From positions 22,529,582 to 22,592,964 of the forward strand of contig NC_068997.1 in assembly GCF_001194135.2 (NCBI RefSeq): a stretch of 63,383 nucleotides of DNA, written 5' to 3'. Shown one piece after another: positions 28,571 to 40,940 of this stretch (position 1 is its first letter; every line of letters starts with the position of its first letter). Below the pieces are notes generated by a model. That model was not told where the DNA came from. It worked only from the letters and a program-made list of their open reading frames with translations, and did no database searches. Position numbers and translations under genes: made by a program. The stretch is from Octopus bimaculoides (taxonomy: Eukaryota).

Positions 28571-29511
28571 AAAGTATATGCCAGCTATTTTAAACATCAA
28601 TCTCAATACGCTTCAGTGATATCAAAGATGCTTTAAGAAATCGCTTTCATGAAAATCCAGTGCGAGATGGAATTTTGAAAAGTTCTCCCCATCTCATATA
28701 TTATATAACTGTATGAGCAAAGAGATAGGGCAATATTTTATCTGCATGTGACGTTTTCTCGTTTTGAAAAGTGACATAATAAATTCACCTAGAAAATGAT
28801 CCAGTATTTTTCTAGCGACTAGAGATTTTCAACAGAAAATAAAAAGATTTGCTATATGCAGAAAGGTATAACTTCGTTTGTCCATCTAGTTTATATACTA
28901 AGGGACAAATGAAATTTGAACTCGAATCCAAAACCTAAACATTAAAAAGAAAAAAATTAAAAAACTGTAAGGCCTTCAGTACTTCGCTAACCGATGCTAC
29001 TAACCCGTTATATTCTCTAACACCGTATCTTAGATATCCACAAAGAATGGTATTATGAAAATTTTATGTCTGTTACTGTTACTCATACGTTCACCGTAGG
29101 TATTTTTTTCGCTTGTGAACATACCAGAATCCTGACCGCACTCACATAACACTTATTTTATGTTCAAATTAAAAATCACACACACACATACAAACATATC
29201 GAGGCTTATATACAGAAATATGGACTCGAATATAGTAACATTTAGCGCGTACCAGTCGAACTGCCGCTTCAAAACTGGAATGCAATCGTGAAGCGGTTAC
29301 GATGCTATAACTTCAGTAGAAAAACATACTCATAAACCATTTACTGCCTACCTTCTCTATCATAACAATTTTACATCACCGTCTTAGTTCTTTCACTTTT
29401 CTCATTTTCCCCCCTTTACACATTCTATAAAATAGTAGCTGTTAGCCTTCAAATGAAATCTACGTGTGGGTGTTTGTTTTCACGTGTGTTTATGAGTCTA
29501 TATATTCTTTA

Positions 29512-30152
29512 CTACGCTAGGCACAAGGGTCCAAATTTTTTTTTGGAGGGGGGTAGTCGATTAGATCAACCTCAGTACGTAACTGGTACTTAATCTATCG
29601 ACTCCGAAAGGAGGAAAAGCAAAGTCGACCGCGGCGGAATTTGAACTCAGAACGTAANNNNNNNNNNNNNNNNNNNNNNNNNNNNNNNNNNNNNNNNNNN
29701 NNNNNNNNNNNNNNNNNNNNNNNNNNNNNNNNNNNNNNNNNNNNNNNNNNNNNNNNNNNNNNNNNNNNNNNNNNNNNNNNNNNNNNNNNNNNNNNNNNNN
29801 NNNNNNNNNNNNNNNNNNNNNNNNNNNNNNNNNNNNNNNNNNNNNNNNNNNNNNNNNNNNNNNNNNNNNNNNNNNNNNNNNNNNNNNNNNNNNNNNNNNN
29901 NNNNNNNNNNNNNNNNATATTAAACAGAATATTAAGTTCACACATACGTTCACACACACACATTTGCACACACATGTACAAGGAAATGCAGGTGGTAGAG
30001 ATAGTCATTACATTCCATGACAGTAATCAATGTTTCAGTTTGCGAATCCCGCATTTAATCTTTCTCAGGTCTATAAAATAATTACCAGTTGAACTCTGGG
30101 CTCGATATAATCGACCACCGAAAATGCTGGCCTTGAGCCTAAATTTGAAACC
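29512..30152 (-). mobile_element. SINE family A copies on either side of the 29658-29916 gap
   Basis: gtcgattagatc..gcggcggaatttgaactcagaacgt at 29512-29657; a 3' fragment at about 30040-30152. Confidence 0.75.
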
Positions 30153-30739
30153 GCTATTATTGTTGTTGCTGCTGTTATGCCTTCTTACTATCGTGTCACA
30201 TACCTCTTTGAACGTGGGCTTCATGTATGCCTTGATTATAATAGCTAATACAAACTAACATAAGTTTTCAATCAATACTCACTTCCGTACCATACTGAGC
30301 AGAATTCAAGTTCCAAACACTACTGGTTTCAATTTTATTTTCATTTATTTTTTTGGAGTGGATTACATAATTAAAATTTCTTCTTCTTCTTCTTCTTCTT
30401 CTTCTCCTTTAAATCTAGACAAGGATGCCATGCAGTAGCTCTTCCTGTCCAGTACACCTTAAGTTCAAATCCCTGAGTACCACTTACATACGGTTGCTCC
30501 TATATCAGAGATTTAAAAAGCAATGCAAATATATTTAGTATAGGCTTAAAAAGAATGATCAAGTGCGACCGACACTCATAAATCATATTGAGGCGACAGA
30601 ATCATAAACGGAGAAAATGCATATCTGCATTTCTACCGGTCCGTAAAGGCCTGTGTTCAAATTTCACCGAGGTCAAATTTATGTTTCATTCTTTTAGGGT
30701 CGATAAAATAAAGTATCAGTCACGTATGATATCGACGTA

Positions 30740-31065
30740 CAGCAATCACTCGCCATATTGCGGTTCACTTATCACGCCCTCAGTACATCGCGGATTCTTC
30801 TGGCTAATATATGTAAATTCATATCGCACACTCCTCAGTATATCGCGGGTAGATGAGTAAACAAAGAATCGCACATGCTGTATGGAAAACGAAATTCGGG
30901 AGGCGAGTGTGTGGAATTGTGTTGAATTTATGATAAATTGAATATATACAAATTATAAAAATGATTTTAGAAAATGTACAGTACTGTTTCTACTTCGCGG
31001 ATTTTCACCTATCGCGGGTTGGGGGTGTTGGAACGTAACACCCGCGACAGTCAAAGGGATTACTG
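30740..31065. mobile_element. pogo/Tigger-type (Tc1/mariner) MITE with TA target-site duplication
   Basis: TA|cagcaatcactcgccatattgcgg ... cccgcgacagtcaaagggattactg|TA; imperfect TIRs; it splits a SINE. Confidence 0.8.
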
Positions 31066-31224
31066 TAATCGACTTTTCAGCTCCCTCCAAATTCTGTTGG
31101 CACCCCTGTCAAGTGGGAATGTTGAGACGAAGGTCACTTATATGACATAAAAACTGGGTAACCGGCTTTATGGGATTTGGCACCCAAGACAAAAACGGTG
31201 TCTCCTCAGATATTGGTTTCTAAA

Positions 31225-31432
31225 ATTTGGCATAAAGAAACAACAATTTCAGGGGAGGGATTAAATGAATTACATCGATCTCAGTGCTCAACTGATACTT
31301 ATTTTATCGGCCACGAAATGATGTAATCCAATGTCGACCTCAGTGGAATTTGAACTCAGAACGTAAAGACGGACGAAATGGCATTAAGCATTTTGCCTGG
31401 CGCGGTAACGATTCTGACCGTTCACTGCCTTG
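31225..31432 (-). mobile_element. SINE family A
   Basis: gtcgacctcagtggaatttgaactcagaacgtaaagacggacgaaatg. Confidence 0.85.
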
Positions 31433-31513
31433 ACGATCTCAAATATTGAAACGATGGAAGTGTCCCTCTTGCTGATGTATGCTTTTCTGGCACTATATGG
31501 CCTAACGCTATCT

Positions 31514-31849
31514 CAGTGTTTTCCTACCAATTTTTATCTGTGGACCCGTTTGTTGACTATGTTATTCTGGTGGCTCCAGTAGTTATTCGATGTTTAAAAA
31601 ATAATTTTATAGATATTTCTTTCAAAATTCCTGTTTTGTTATTCACTCATTCACTTGTTTAGGTGAAACTACGTTAAAAGTTTCGGAAAGAAACCTAACA
31701 GTTTCTTCGAATACATACATTTAGACCTAAAATTTTAAGAACCTTTAGAATACTGCTGTGGATCCTCAGTTTACTATTTTGCTGGCATTGACCCGAAAAA
31801 TATTATACGGACAGCCAGGAGTCATAAGGATCCTGGTTGAAAACTACTG
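31514..31849. mobile_element. Possible hAT-type MITE
   Basis: Ends cagtgttttcctacc and ggttgaaaactactg resemble hAT TIRs; no clean 8-bp TSD. Confidence 0.4.
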
Positions 31850-32069
31850 ATCTTGCTCAACCTGTAATCACCAGTCAACTTCTTTAGAACTTGCTTAGGG
31901 CTATAACAAAAATTACAAAAACAATAACAAAGACCAGCAGCTTTGCATTCGGCTTTTATGCCAACGCATACCAGACATTCATATCTTTGAAATTATAGTT
32001 TTGCAGCCTGAGTATTTTTTTTCTTGTCTATTCCAATATGTTATACGGGGGTGGTGGTGTTAAACTTAC

Positions 32070-32168
32070 GAGAACGCCTACATGCCTGTTTTTCAAACTC
32101 AGTGTAAACCTCCAGCGTTTTATAATTTGTCCTTATTATTACACCCCTCAACCGTCGCCTTCGTGGTA
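32070..32168 (-). CDS. Low-confidence candidate upstream exon (99 nt, phase 1-1)
   Basis: Acceptor atttcttctAG and strong donor CTC|GTAAGT. Only one frame is open: PRRRRLRGVIIRTNYKTLEVYTEFEKQACRRS. It is phase-compatible with the 28028 exon. Confidence 0.2.
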
Positions 32169-32665
32169 CTAGAAGAAATCTTTAGAGGTGTTGTTGTTGT
32201 TCTTGTTGTTTAGCTAGACCACCTACATTACACGTCAGAATCAGTTCTATGAATCCATCGGATAGACGCAGTCACGATAGCTGACAAATTATTTTATGAG
32301 GTACACAAATTTATTCCGCTTGGCTCTATATCACCTCTTAATCTTGCAGAATACACGCTTACATTAGGGAAATCTCTGTATGTGTGTGTTTGCATGATTG
32401 CACTTGTCTGTATGTGTGTCTGTGCGCATGTGTTTGTTTGTGTGTGTCTGTGTGTATGTCTGTGTAAATGTAGGAGTGTAGTCGGTTAAGTTATGCGTCT
32501 CTACTTCAGTATGTGTCTACATGTCTTTCACCTACTGGTAGTAATCCGGCCAAACAAGGACGGGAATGCAAACTTTGTTACTTCTGCCTGTTTCTCGCTC
32601 TCTCGCCTGTTTTCTTTCTCTCATAAACATACAGTCTAACATACCTACAGACGCGTGTGTAATCC

Positions 32666-32701
<36 letters not shown>

Positions 32702-33189
32702 GTAGATAGATTGATAGATAGATGGATAGATAGATAGATAGATAGATAGATACATAGATAGATAGACATACATATATATGCACACACACACACACACACA
32801 TATATATATGTATGTAAACAAAGAAAAACAAACCAGACAGGAAGTAGAGTTGTTATGAAGAGAACAACATAGTGTTTCAGTCTGCGTCATTCGTCAGAGA
32901 ATATCAAAATATAAGGAAGCCAAGAATGAAGTCTATACCTGATAATCTGAGTGGCTAGATACAGTAGTCTAATCACCCTTATATAGCCCTTGTTGCCTTA
33001 AATATAAAAAAGATGTAAGACTTAGAGAATATAGCTCAAGACATATCCCTAAAAATACAAAAGAAAATTAAATGGGTCGCTCACATTATGAATCTTAGGC
33101 CTTCGCGCTATGCGTTAACTTCAGGCAAGGTCTCAAGTTGTGAAGGTAAGATCAGCATGACTTCATAATGATTAACATCATGGCGATGT

Positions 33190-33682
33190 GAGGGACTATG
33201 TTGATTAAATCGAACCCAGTGCTCAATAGGTACTTATTTAATAACAATAACAACAACAACAATAGTAATAATCTTTTCTACCATAGGCACAAGGCCTGAA
33301 ATTTGTGTTTCATGGTACTTAATTCATTGACACCGAAAAGACGAGAGACAAAATTGACATCGGCGGAATTTGAACTCAGAACATAGTGACAGGCGAAATA
33401 CCGCTCTTTCGCCCGGCGTGCTAATGATTCTGCCAGATCGCCAACTAAATAATTATAATAATAATGGTTTCAGATTTTACCACAGGAGCAGCAATTTTGG
33501 GGGAGGTGGCTCGTCGATTGCATCGACCCCCAGTGTTTAACTGGTACTTATTTTATCGACCCCGAAACGATGAAAGGCAAAATCGACGTCGTGGGAATTT
33601 GAACTCAGAAAGTAGCGACGGGCAAAATACCGCTAAACATTTCGTCCAGCGTGCTAACGATGCTGCTTGCTCGGCACCTTTC

Positions 33683-33762
<80 letters not shown>

Positions 33763-34150
33763 CCTTTTTACTGGAAGCACAAGGCCTCAAATTTAGGAGA
33801 AGCCATTAAGTCAATTACATCGACCTCAGTGTGTGGCTGGTGCTTATTTGATCGAACCCGAAAGGATGAAAGGAAAAGTTGACTTCGGTGGAATTTGAAC
33901 CTAGAACGTAGCTCGGGTGGAATAATGCTAAGCATTTCATTCATGGTTCAATCGATTCTGCCAGCTCGCTGCCTTACTTGATATTTACGTTCTGAGTTCA
34001 AATTCCGCCGAGGTCGACTTTGTCTTTCATCCTTTCGGGATCGATTAAATAAGTACCAGTTACGCACTGGGGATCGATGTAATCGACTTAATCTCTCTGT
34101 CTGTCCTTGTCTGTCCCTTCTATGTTTAGACCCCTGTAGATAATAAAGAA
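33190..34150. mobile_element. SINE family A stack: at least three minus-strand copies head-to-tail plus one plus-strand copy
   Basis: Copies at about 33275-33445, 33465-33682 and 33764-33976 (-), and 33985-34150 (+), separated by (AAT)n. Confidence 0.9.
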
Positions 34151-34183
34151 ATGAAAAATTATTATTATTATTATTATTATTAT

Positions 34184-34214
<31 letters not shown>

Positions 34215-34639
34215 AAGAAGAAGAAGAAGAAGAAGAAGAAGAAGAAGAAGAAGAAGAAGAAGAAGGATAAACATCGAATATCGAGCTTGTTCGGAATATA
34301 CTAAATCGTACGATGGTTAGATATTGTATGTGCTTACTAATTCTATAGATATTAGCAAGAGGTTACGTTTGGGACTAGTCGACCATGGTGAATGTTGTCC
34401 ATACGCTTTATGCGAAATTTGGACAGAAGTTGGATTGAAACATTGGGCTCCCTTTTTCAAAACACAGTCCATTTTTCTAGTTAGTCGCCCTAATGTCCAA
34501 TGTCTTCATCAGTGTGGAATAATAACCATAGTAAATACCATGTCTATCTCAAAGAATTTCTGCTATCGTACCACTGACAGCATCGCATTTGCCATTATAT
34601 CCAAAAACTATACTCATATAAATGCACACACGCACATGT

Positions 34640-34685
<46 letters not shown>

Positions 34686-35719
34686 GCACTCTTGTACGTA
34701 CGCATGCGCGCACGAACGTAAGTAGCAACGCACATACACACACACGCGAACAGACACACACGCGAACAGACACACACACAAACATGGAAAATGTAAGAAA
34801 ATAACCGATTAATCACGAGAGAATTTATATTGTGTCTAGTTATTTCCAAAGAAATTAAGAATCTAAATACATATATATATTTATATGCATATGTACGTGT
34901 ACATATGTATTTATATATGCACACAAATTATTTTGCATCTATACAAACGTATATGTATATACATATATAAATATATGCATATACATATAAATATATGTAT
35001 AAACGTATATGTTTATACACAAGTATGCTTATATATATATATATATATTTGCGCGCCTGATTTTAGCAGGAAACAAATTTTTATTCCTTATATCATTTAT
35101 ATATTTCTCTATGTAATGTAAATGTATGTAACGAGGAGAATAAATAGCCAACATGTCATCATTATATACAACTCGTTGATATATGAAGTAAATTTGCTGT
35201 TGATTTATATTACGCGCCACCAACATCACCAGCAAAATCATGATGCCTCCTCCTTTCTTTCATTCTTTTTTTTTTTCCTCCAATTCATATTATTAGCAAT
35301 TTTCATTCTGAACGATGTATGCAACTGTCGACGAAAGTTGCCTCGTCTTCGGCCGAAAGATATTTCGGTGATAATTAGATAATTTAATATATTGTTTTTA
35401 CTAAAAGAAGTAAGTCTGTATGATCAACCCGCGAGAAACAGTACACAAATCTCCCTCAATTCACAATCGTTTTTTTTTTTGTTCAAGAAATGATGCCTTT
35501 GACCATGTCTTCTGGGTATAACGAACTTTATGAAAAGTAACTGAAGTCAAAGAAGCTTGGATTCTTAAGGCTGAAAAGTTTTTGAATTACAGGTGCATTT
35601 CATCTTACGGCGTGTAATCAGTTTAAGTACAGCTAACTTCACTTCCGAAATATTGTTCCTCACGAGAAATTAGCAAATGAATCGTGCCCATGCTAACCAT
35701 GTATTAGATTCGAAACCTG

Positions 35720-36319
35720 GACATATATATATATATATATTTCGTTTTGGGATTTGTTTGCAAGATTCTTTATGTGAATTCATGTATTGAAGCACATTTT
35801 GTTGTGCCTGGGAAAGACCCATTATCTTTTACTGCCTTATTATTTAACAAACTCACCGGTTCAGTTCCTCTCATTTATTACATAACTCACCCGTTCAGTT
35901 TCCACTAATTTCCGCCCCGACATCCGAAACTCGGAGTTTTATTATGGCAACCCAATAATTGTCACATATTATATTACAGATAAATTCCTCTATTTGCATC
36001 ATATCGAGGTCTCATTCATTCTTTTCTTATTATACCATTACTATTAATATATGTATATAAGTATGTATGTATGTTTCTATGTATATGTATATTAGACAAA
36101 CGAAAGGAAAGTGCTCACAGCNNNNNNNNNNTAAAAAAAACAATAACAAAAAAACAAAAAAACAACAAAGTGAGGACGTGATATGGATAGTATTATTGGA
36201 CGCTCAGGAAAGGAAAGAGAGAGTGTATGACGTTTCGGGCGTAGCCCTTCGTCGGAAAGATGGAAAGTTCGGAGAATGGAAGAACGGAGAAAGAGGAAAA
36301 TGGTACCGAAGCCCACGAG
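35720..36319. mobile_element. Penelope-like element terminal fragments
   Basis: gacgtttcgggcgtagcccttcgtcgg at 36228-36255 is the reverse complement of a PLE-type hammerhead motif; no ORF. Confidence 0.5.
36224..36262 (-). ncRNA. Degenerate minimal hammerhead ribozyme motif
   Basis: CCGACGA a GGGC-tac-GCCC GAAA CG UC: helix II, GAAAC and the GUC site are intact; core U4 is changed to C; helix I is weak. Confidence 0.45.
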
Positions 36320-37634
36320 ATATATGTATATAAGTATGTATGTATGTTTCTATGTATATGTATATTAGACAAACGAAAGGAAAGTGCTCACAGCATGTTT
36401 AGTGACTGATACAAGTCTTATTTAATTGAGTTTCACTAGGTTCGCAGGCATCTAACAGAGTTCCAGATCTTTTATGCTATAGAGTACCGAAGTAGATTCG
36501 GTAGTCAGTAAGAAGCAAGAGGGATTAAAAAGTCCAGGCAGCTATCTATAAAGCACTCTGTGTGAAAAAAATTTGGTTATATTTATACATTCAGACACAT
36601 ACGCAACTTGTGTGTGTTTGTGTGTGTGTTTTCGTGTCTGTGTCTGCGTCTGTGTGTGCATGCGTGCGTGCGTAACTATATAATACGTATGGTATAAACT
36701 GTAAACACGCATTTAAATCTTCTTCAATTAATTTTCAAATAAACATTAATAGATGTTGTAAAATTAATATATCGCCAGTTAAGTTGTTAATATATCTATA
36801 ATGTGGAATTAAGACGAGACTCAACGCTTTCGGGGCTGGGAATCGGAGATGGATTTTAATTGCCCGCCGCTTCGCAATTCATAAACTTATTGAAAATATG
36901 ACACATACACACATACACACAGACACACACAAGCACAAGCACTCATACACATACATACATACATACATACATACATACCTGTATGTATGTATGTAATAGT
37001 TACATGTATGTGTGTGCTCGCGCGTGTACATATATATATATATATATATATAAAGAGAGAGAGAGAGAGAGAGAGAAATAGGGAGAGCGATTAATCGAGG
37101 GATAAGTATTCATACATATATATTTAAACACACACATATATAGGTACACAGATACATACATACATACATACATACGTGTCTCTGTGCACAAGTATGCTTG
37201 TATATATGTATACATACACACATAAATACATTGTTCTTATGAATCTTTAATCAAAAGTAAAACCCTTTTCTCAATGAATATTAATCATAAATCATTTTCT
37301 ATTCTGAATATTTTATATGGAATCTATAAGAAGAAATTAAGACTAATTTAAATTGAAGACACAATATATATTCTTACAGCTATATATTCGCATCAATTTA
37401 CTCGCTAGATATATTGGTCTCTTTGTGAAAAACCCAAATGTCGATTCCCATGAAACAAATATCGCAATACGAATAATCATCTAGTATCTCTTGTAGCTTC
37501 TTAATGTGCTTATTCATTATATTGGAGTAATGAAAATAGTAATCAAGTGTCTCGAACATCAATCAATTGTACGTCAGTACAGCCTTAGAACAAGGTAAGA
37601 CTCATATAATGTAAACTTCATAATAATAATAATA

Positions 37635-38700
37635 ATAATAATAATCTTTTCTACGGTCTTGAAATTTTGGGGAAGGGGGTCTAGTCGATTACATCGATCC
37701 CAGCACTTGTCTTGTACTTATTTCACCGGCCACGAAAAGTTGAAAGGCAAAGTCGACCTCGGCGGAATTTGAACTCAGAATGTGCTGACGATTCTGCCAG
37801 CTCGCCGTCTGGCCGCCTTCTATGATAATAATAATTCTTTCTACTATAGTTACACGACCAGAAATATGGGGGAGGGGGATTGTTGGTCTTATCGAACCCA
37901 GTGATCCACTGGTACTGTATTCACTGGTACATATTTTATCGATCCTAAAAGGATGAAATGCAGTCGACCTCGACGGAATTTAAACTGAAATAGTTTCAAA
38001 TTTTGACACAAGGGCAGAAAGCTCGGGACGGAGAGTGGGTAAATCGATTACATCGACCTCAATGGTTAACTGGTACTTATGACACTTGCACACCGTGTCA
38101 TGCTGTGGGACTGAACCCGGAACTGTGTGGTTGGGAAGCAAGCTTCTTACAACACCCCCACTCCTATATGTTTATACGTATACATACACACGACCATAAG
38201 TACATACATCCACTCATGCGTGAAGTGGAAGTTTCTCTTCATCCAGTTCATGTATAGGTGGATGAAGACTCAGTAATTGCACGTGTGGTACTTTTTCTAT
38301 CATTCCCTTTTCGTGAACCGCTAAGTTACAGTGATATAAATAATCTAACATCGGTGGATATACCGTGGTGGGGACAATGACAGATCCCAAGATGCACACA
38401 CATCCATACATTGTCTATCTGTATGTTTTGTCCCTTTCTTGTATCACCTAACTCTCTGGATGTTTTGCGTCCTTGTCCCATTCTGTATTATACATGCATA
38501 CAGACAGACAGACATGCATACGTACACTCTCTTACATACACGACGAGTTACCACAAGGTTTTCCTTTATGAATTTCACCGACAAACCACTGGTCGGCTCA
38601 TAGCACTATTAGTAATCAAAATCCAAGGTACCATGATGTGGGATTGAACCAACAGATATGTGGTTGCAAAGCGAGCTATTTCGCCTCACAGCTATGCCTG
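37635..38700 (-). mobile_element. Second SINE stack: three family A copies followed by family B pieces
   Basis: Family A at about 37635-37820, 37836-37990 and 37995-38080; family B at 38085-38166 and 38285-38700. Confidence 0.8.
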
Positions 38701-39469
38701 CATTTATGTAAAGAAATAGTGTCGAGGAATACTTAATTATCAACCAGTCAACCAAAGTATAAGTTATTTCTATCCTATCCGGATTATATTAAAATCCACA
38801 GAAATATGAGTGACGTTTATATTATAGGTTGTCGTCGTAATAATCTCAGCATTTTCCATGGTCATCCATTTGAAACCACGGCGTTACCATAGTCGCAGTG
38901 GTTGTCGTCTTTTTCGATATTATCGAATTTGTTGAAGTTGTTATTGCAGTTAATGTTGTTGTTTTTGTTATTGTATAGCCATAATAAGTCTCTGATCGAG
39001 AATTCATATAAACAAAAAAAAAAAAGCCCTCCAACGTATTTATGGTATCAGTGACTACATATTAACTAACATACAATCTTTTACTTGTTTCAGGGCTTAG
39101 CTGAAAACATCGGCCCCCAACACTAATACTTTTTCTAAGCCTTGTATTTATTCTACCAACATATTTTAGCCGAACTGCTAAACTTTCGGGGACGTGAGCA
39201 AACCAACGCCAACTGTCTATTTCTTTAAAGCTCGCAGGTTATAATTTAAAGAAGGTTTTGCTGCTATAGTTTCTAGCTGATTATGTTACCATGTAGAAGC
39301 TCGCTAAGATATCTTGTACCGACTCTGTTTAAAATTCTCTATTCTTCTCATTTCACTGCTAAATTTATTTCCATATTTATTTGATACTACTATTAATTTT
39401 TTTTTGTTGTTGTTAATTACATTTCTTTGTTATTTCGTTATCTCACTGTCATCATCTTTCTAATTCCCT

Positions 39470-40085
39470 ATTCTGTTTCTTACTATCTCCACCATCGTCA
39501 GCAGCAACATCATCAACAATGAGGTCATCGTCGTGGTCATCCTCATCATCATCATCATCATCGTCGTCGTCGTCGTCGTCGTCATCCTCCTCCTCCTCCT
39601 CATCATCATTATCATCATCATCGACAACTTTGATAAAGATAAACTCAGTGATGTGCATCGTTGCTGCGTTGTTGTTCATAATTCGTCATCTTTCTACATC
39701 TTTTTCAATAACATCAACAGCATCTTAATGATAATAATAAGAATGATGATGATGATGATGGAGAAAGCGGTGGTAGCGTTGGCAGCGACGTTGGTGGTAG
39801 TAGTGGTGGTATGGGGGCTACGGTGATGGTGGTGATTGTGATGATAACGATGACAATGACGACGTTTATGACGATGATAATGATGACAAAGGTGATGATG
39901 GTGATGGTGATGATGATGAAGATGACGACAACGACGACGACCATCACGAATATGATGACTATCGCTGACATCGCCGGCATCATCGACATTCTGTTACTGT
40001 GTAACCCCACCACTACCATGACCACCTCCACCACCATCACCCCTTCCACCACCATCACCACCTCCACCACCACCACCACCACGCC
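39470..40085. repeat. Degenerate triplet tract: (TCA/TCG)n, then (GAT/GGT)n, then (CAC)n
   Basis: Directly visible; source of the poly-D/S/M/T ORFs. Confidence 0.9.
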
Positions 40086-40213
40086 ACTCTCGCATGTTAA
40101 TGTAGCAATCTTTCAAGCACAATATCTGTGTTGTCAGTTTTATGAAGCCGGTGATATTGGTACCTCACACCGCCACCCCAATTTACACACACTCACGAAC
40201 ACACACACATACA

Positions 40214-40244
<31 letters not shown>

Positions 40245-40628
40245 TACACACGCACACATGTACGAGTCAACTAAAAATGCTCTTGGCGTAACATGCAAGA
40301 GTCCCACAGCTCACAGCATCTTACAATTGAAAGTGTAAATCGGGTAATGCACTTATATATAATGATAAAAGACAGGATGGTCAAAGATGGACTGGCTTTA
40401 AATATATAAATTCTCTTTATTCAAAGCTTACGTAGGGTCAGACTACAACGGAAACTCATTGGAGTATATATTATTATTAGTCACAACACTTTACTCAAAA
40501 CAAATTCCCGCTTAGGAACGTTTTTGACTCTTCCTAAGTTTACACGTGCTTAATGAGCTTAGGAAGAGACCTTTGTCACGTGTTGATTTCTATTACATAC
40601 ACGGACACTTATACACACACACATATAT

Positions 40629-40666
<38 letters not shown>

Positions 40667-40896
40667 ACACACACAACCACGCGCACACACACTCATACAC
40701 GTATATATATAGACTTATCAATCTTCTCCATAGTCTTTTCTCCAAAGATGTTCGCTTCAGCTTTCCTTTCGAATTCTAAGCGACTGTTGTGTATTGTTCT
40801 GCACATCTATCACTAAATATAATATTTATTACATTTTCAATGAATTCTGACAGTTTTTTTTTTTCTCGAAATTATCACCAGAAGAAAGAACTTCAC

Positions 40897-40940
<44 letters not shown>

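Noticed and set aside
34450-34517. CTGATGA on the minus strand
   Set aside because: No helix II or correctly placed GAAAC and NUH.
35926-35938. GAAACTCGGAGTT, resembling hammerhead helix III
   Set aside because: No upstream CUGANGA in this copy.
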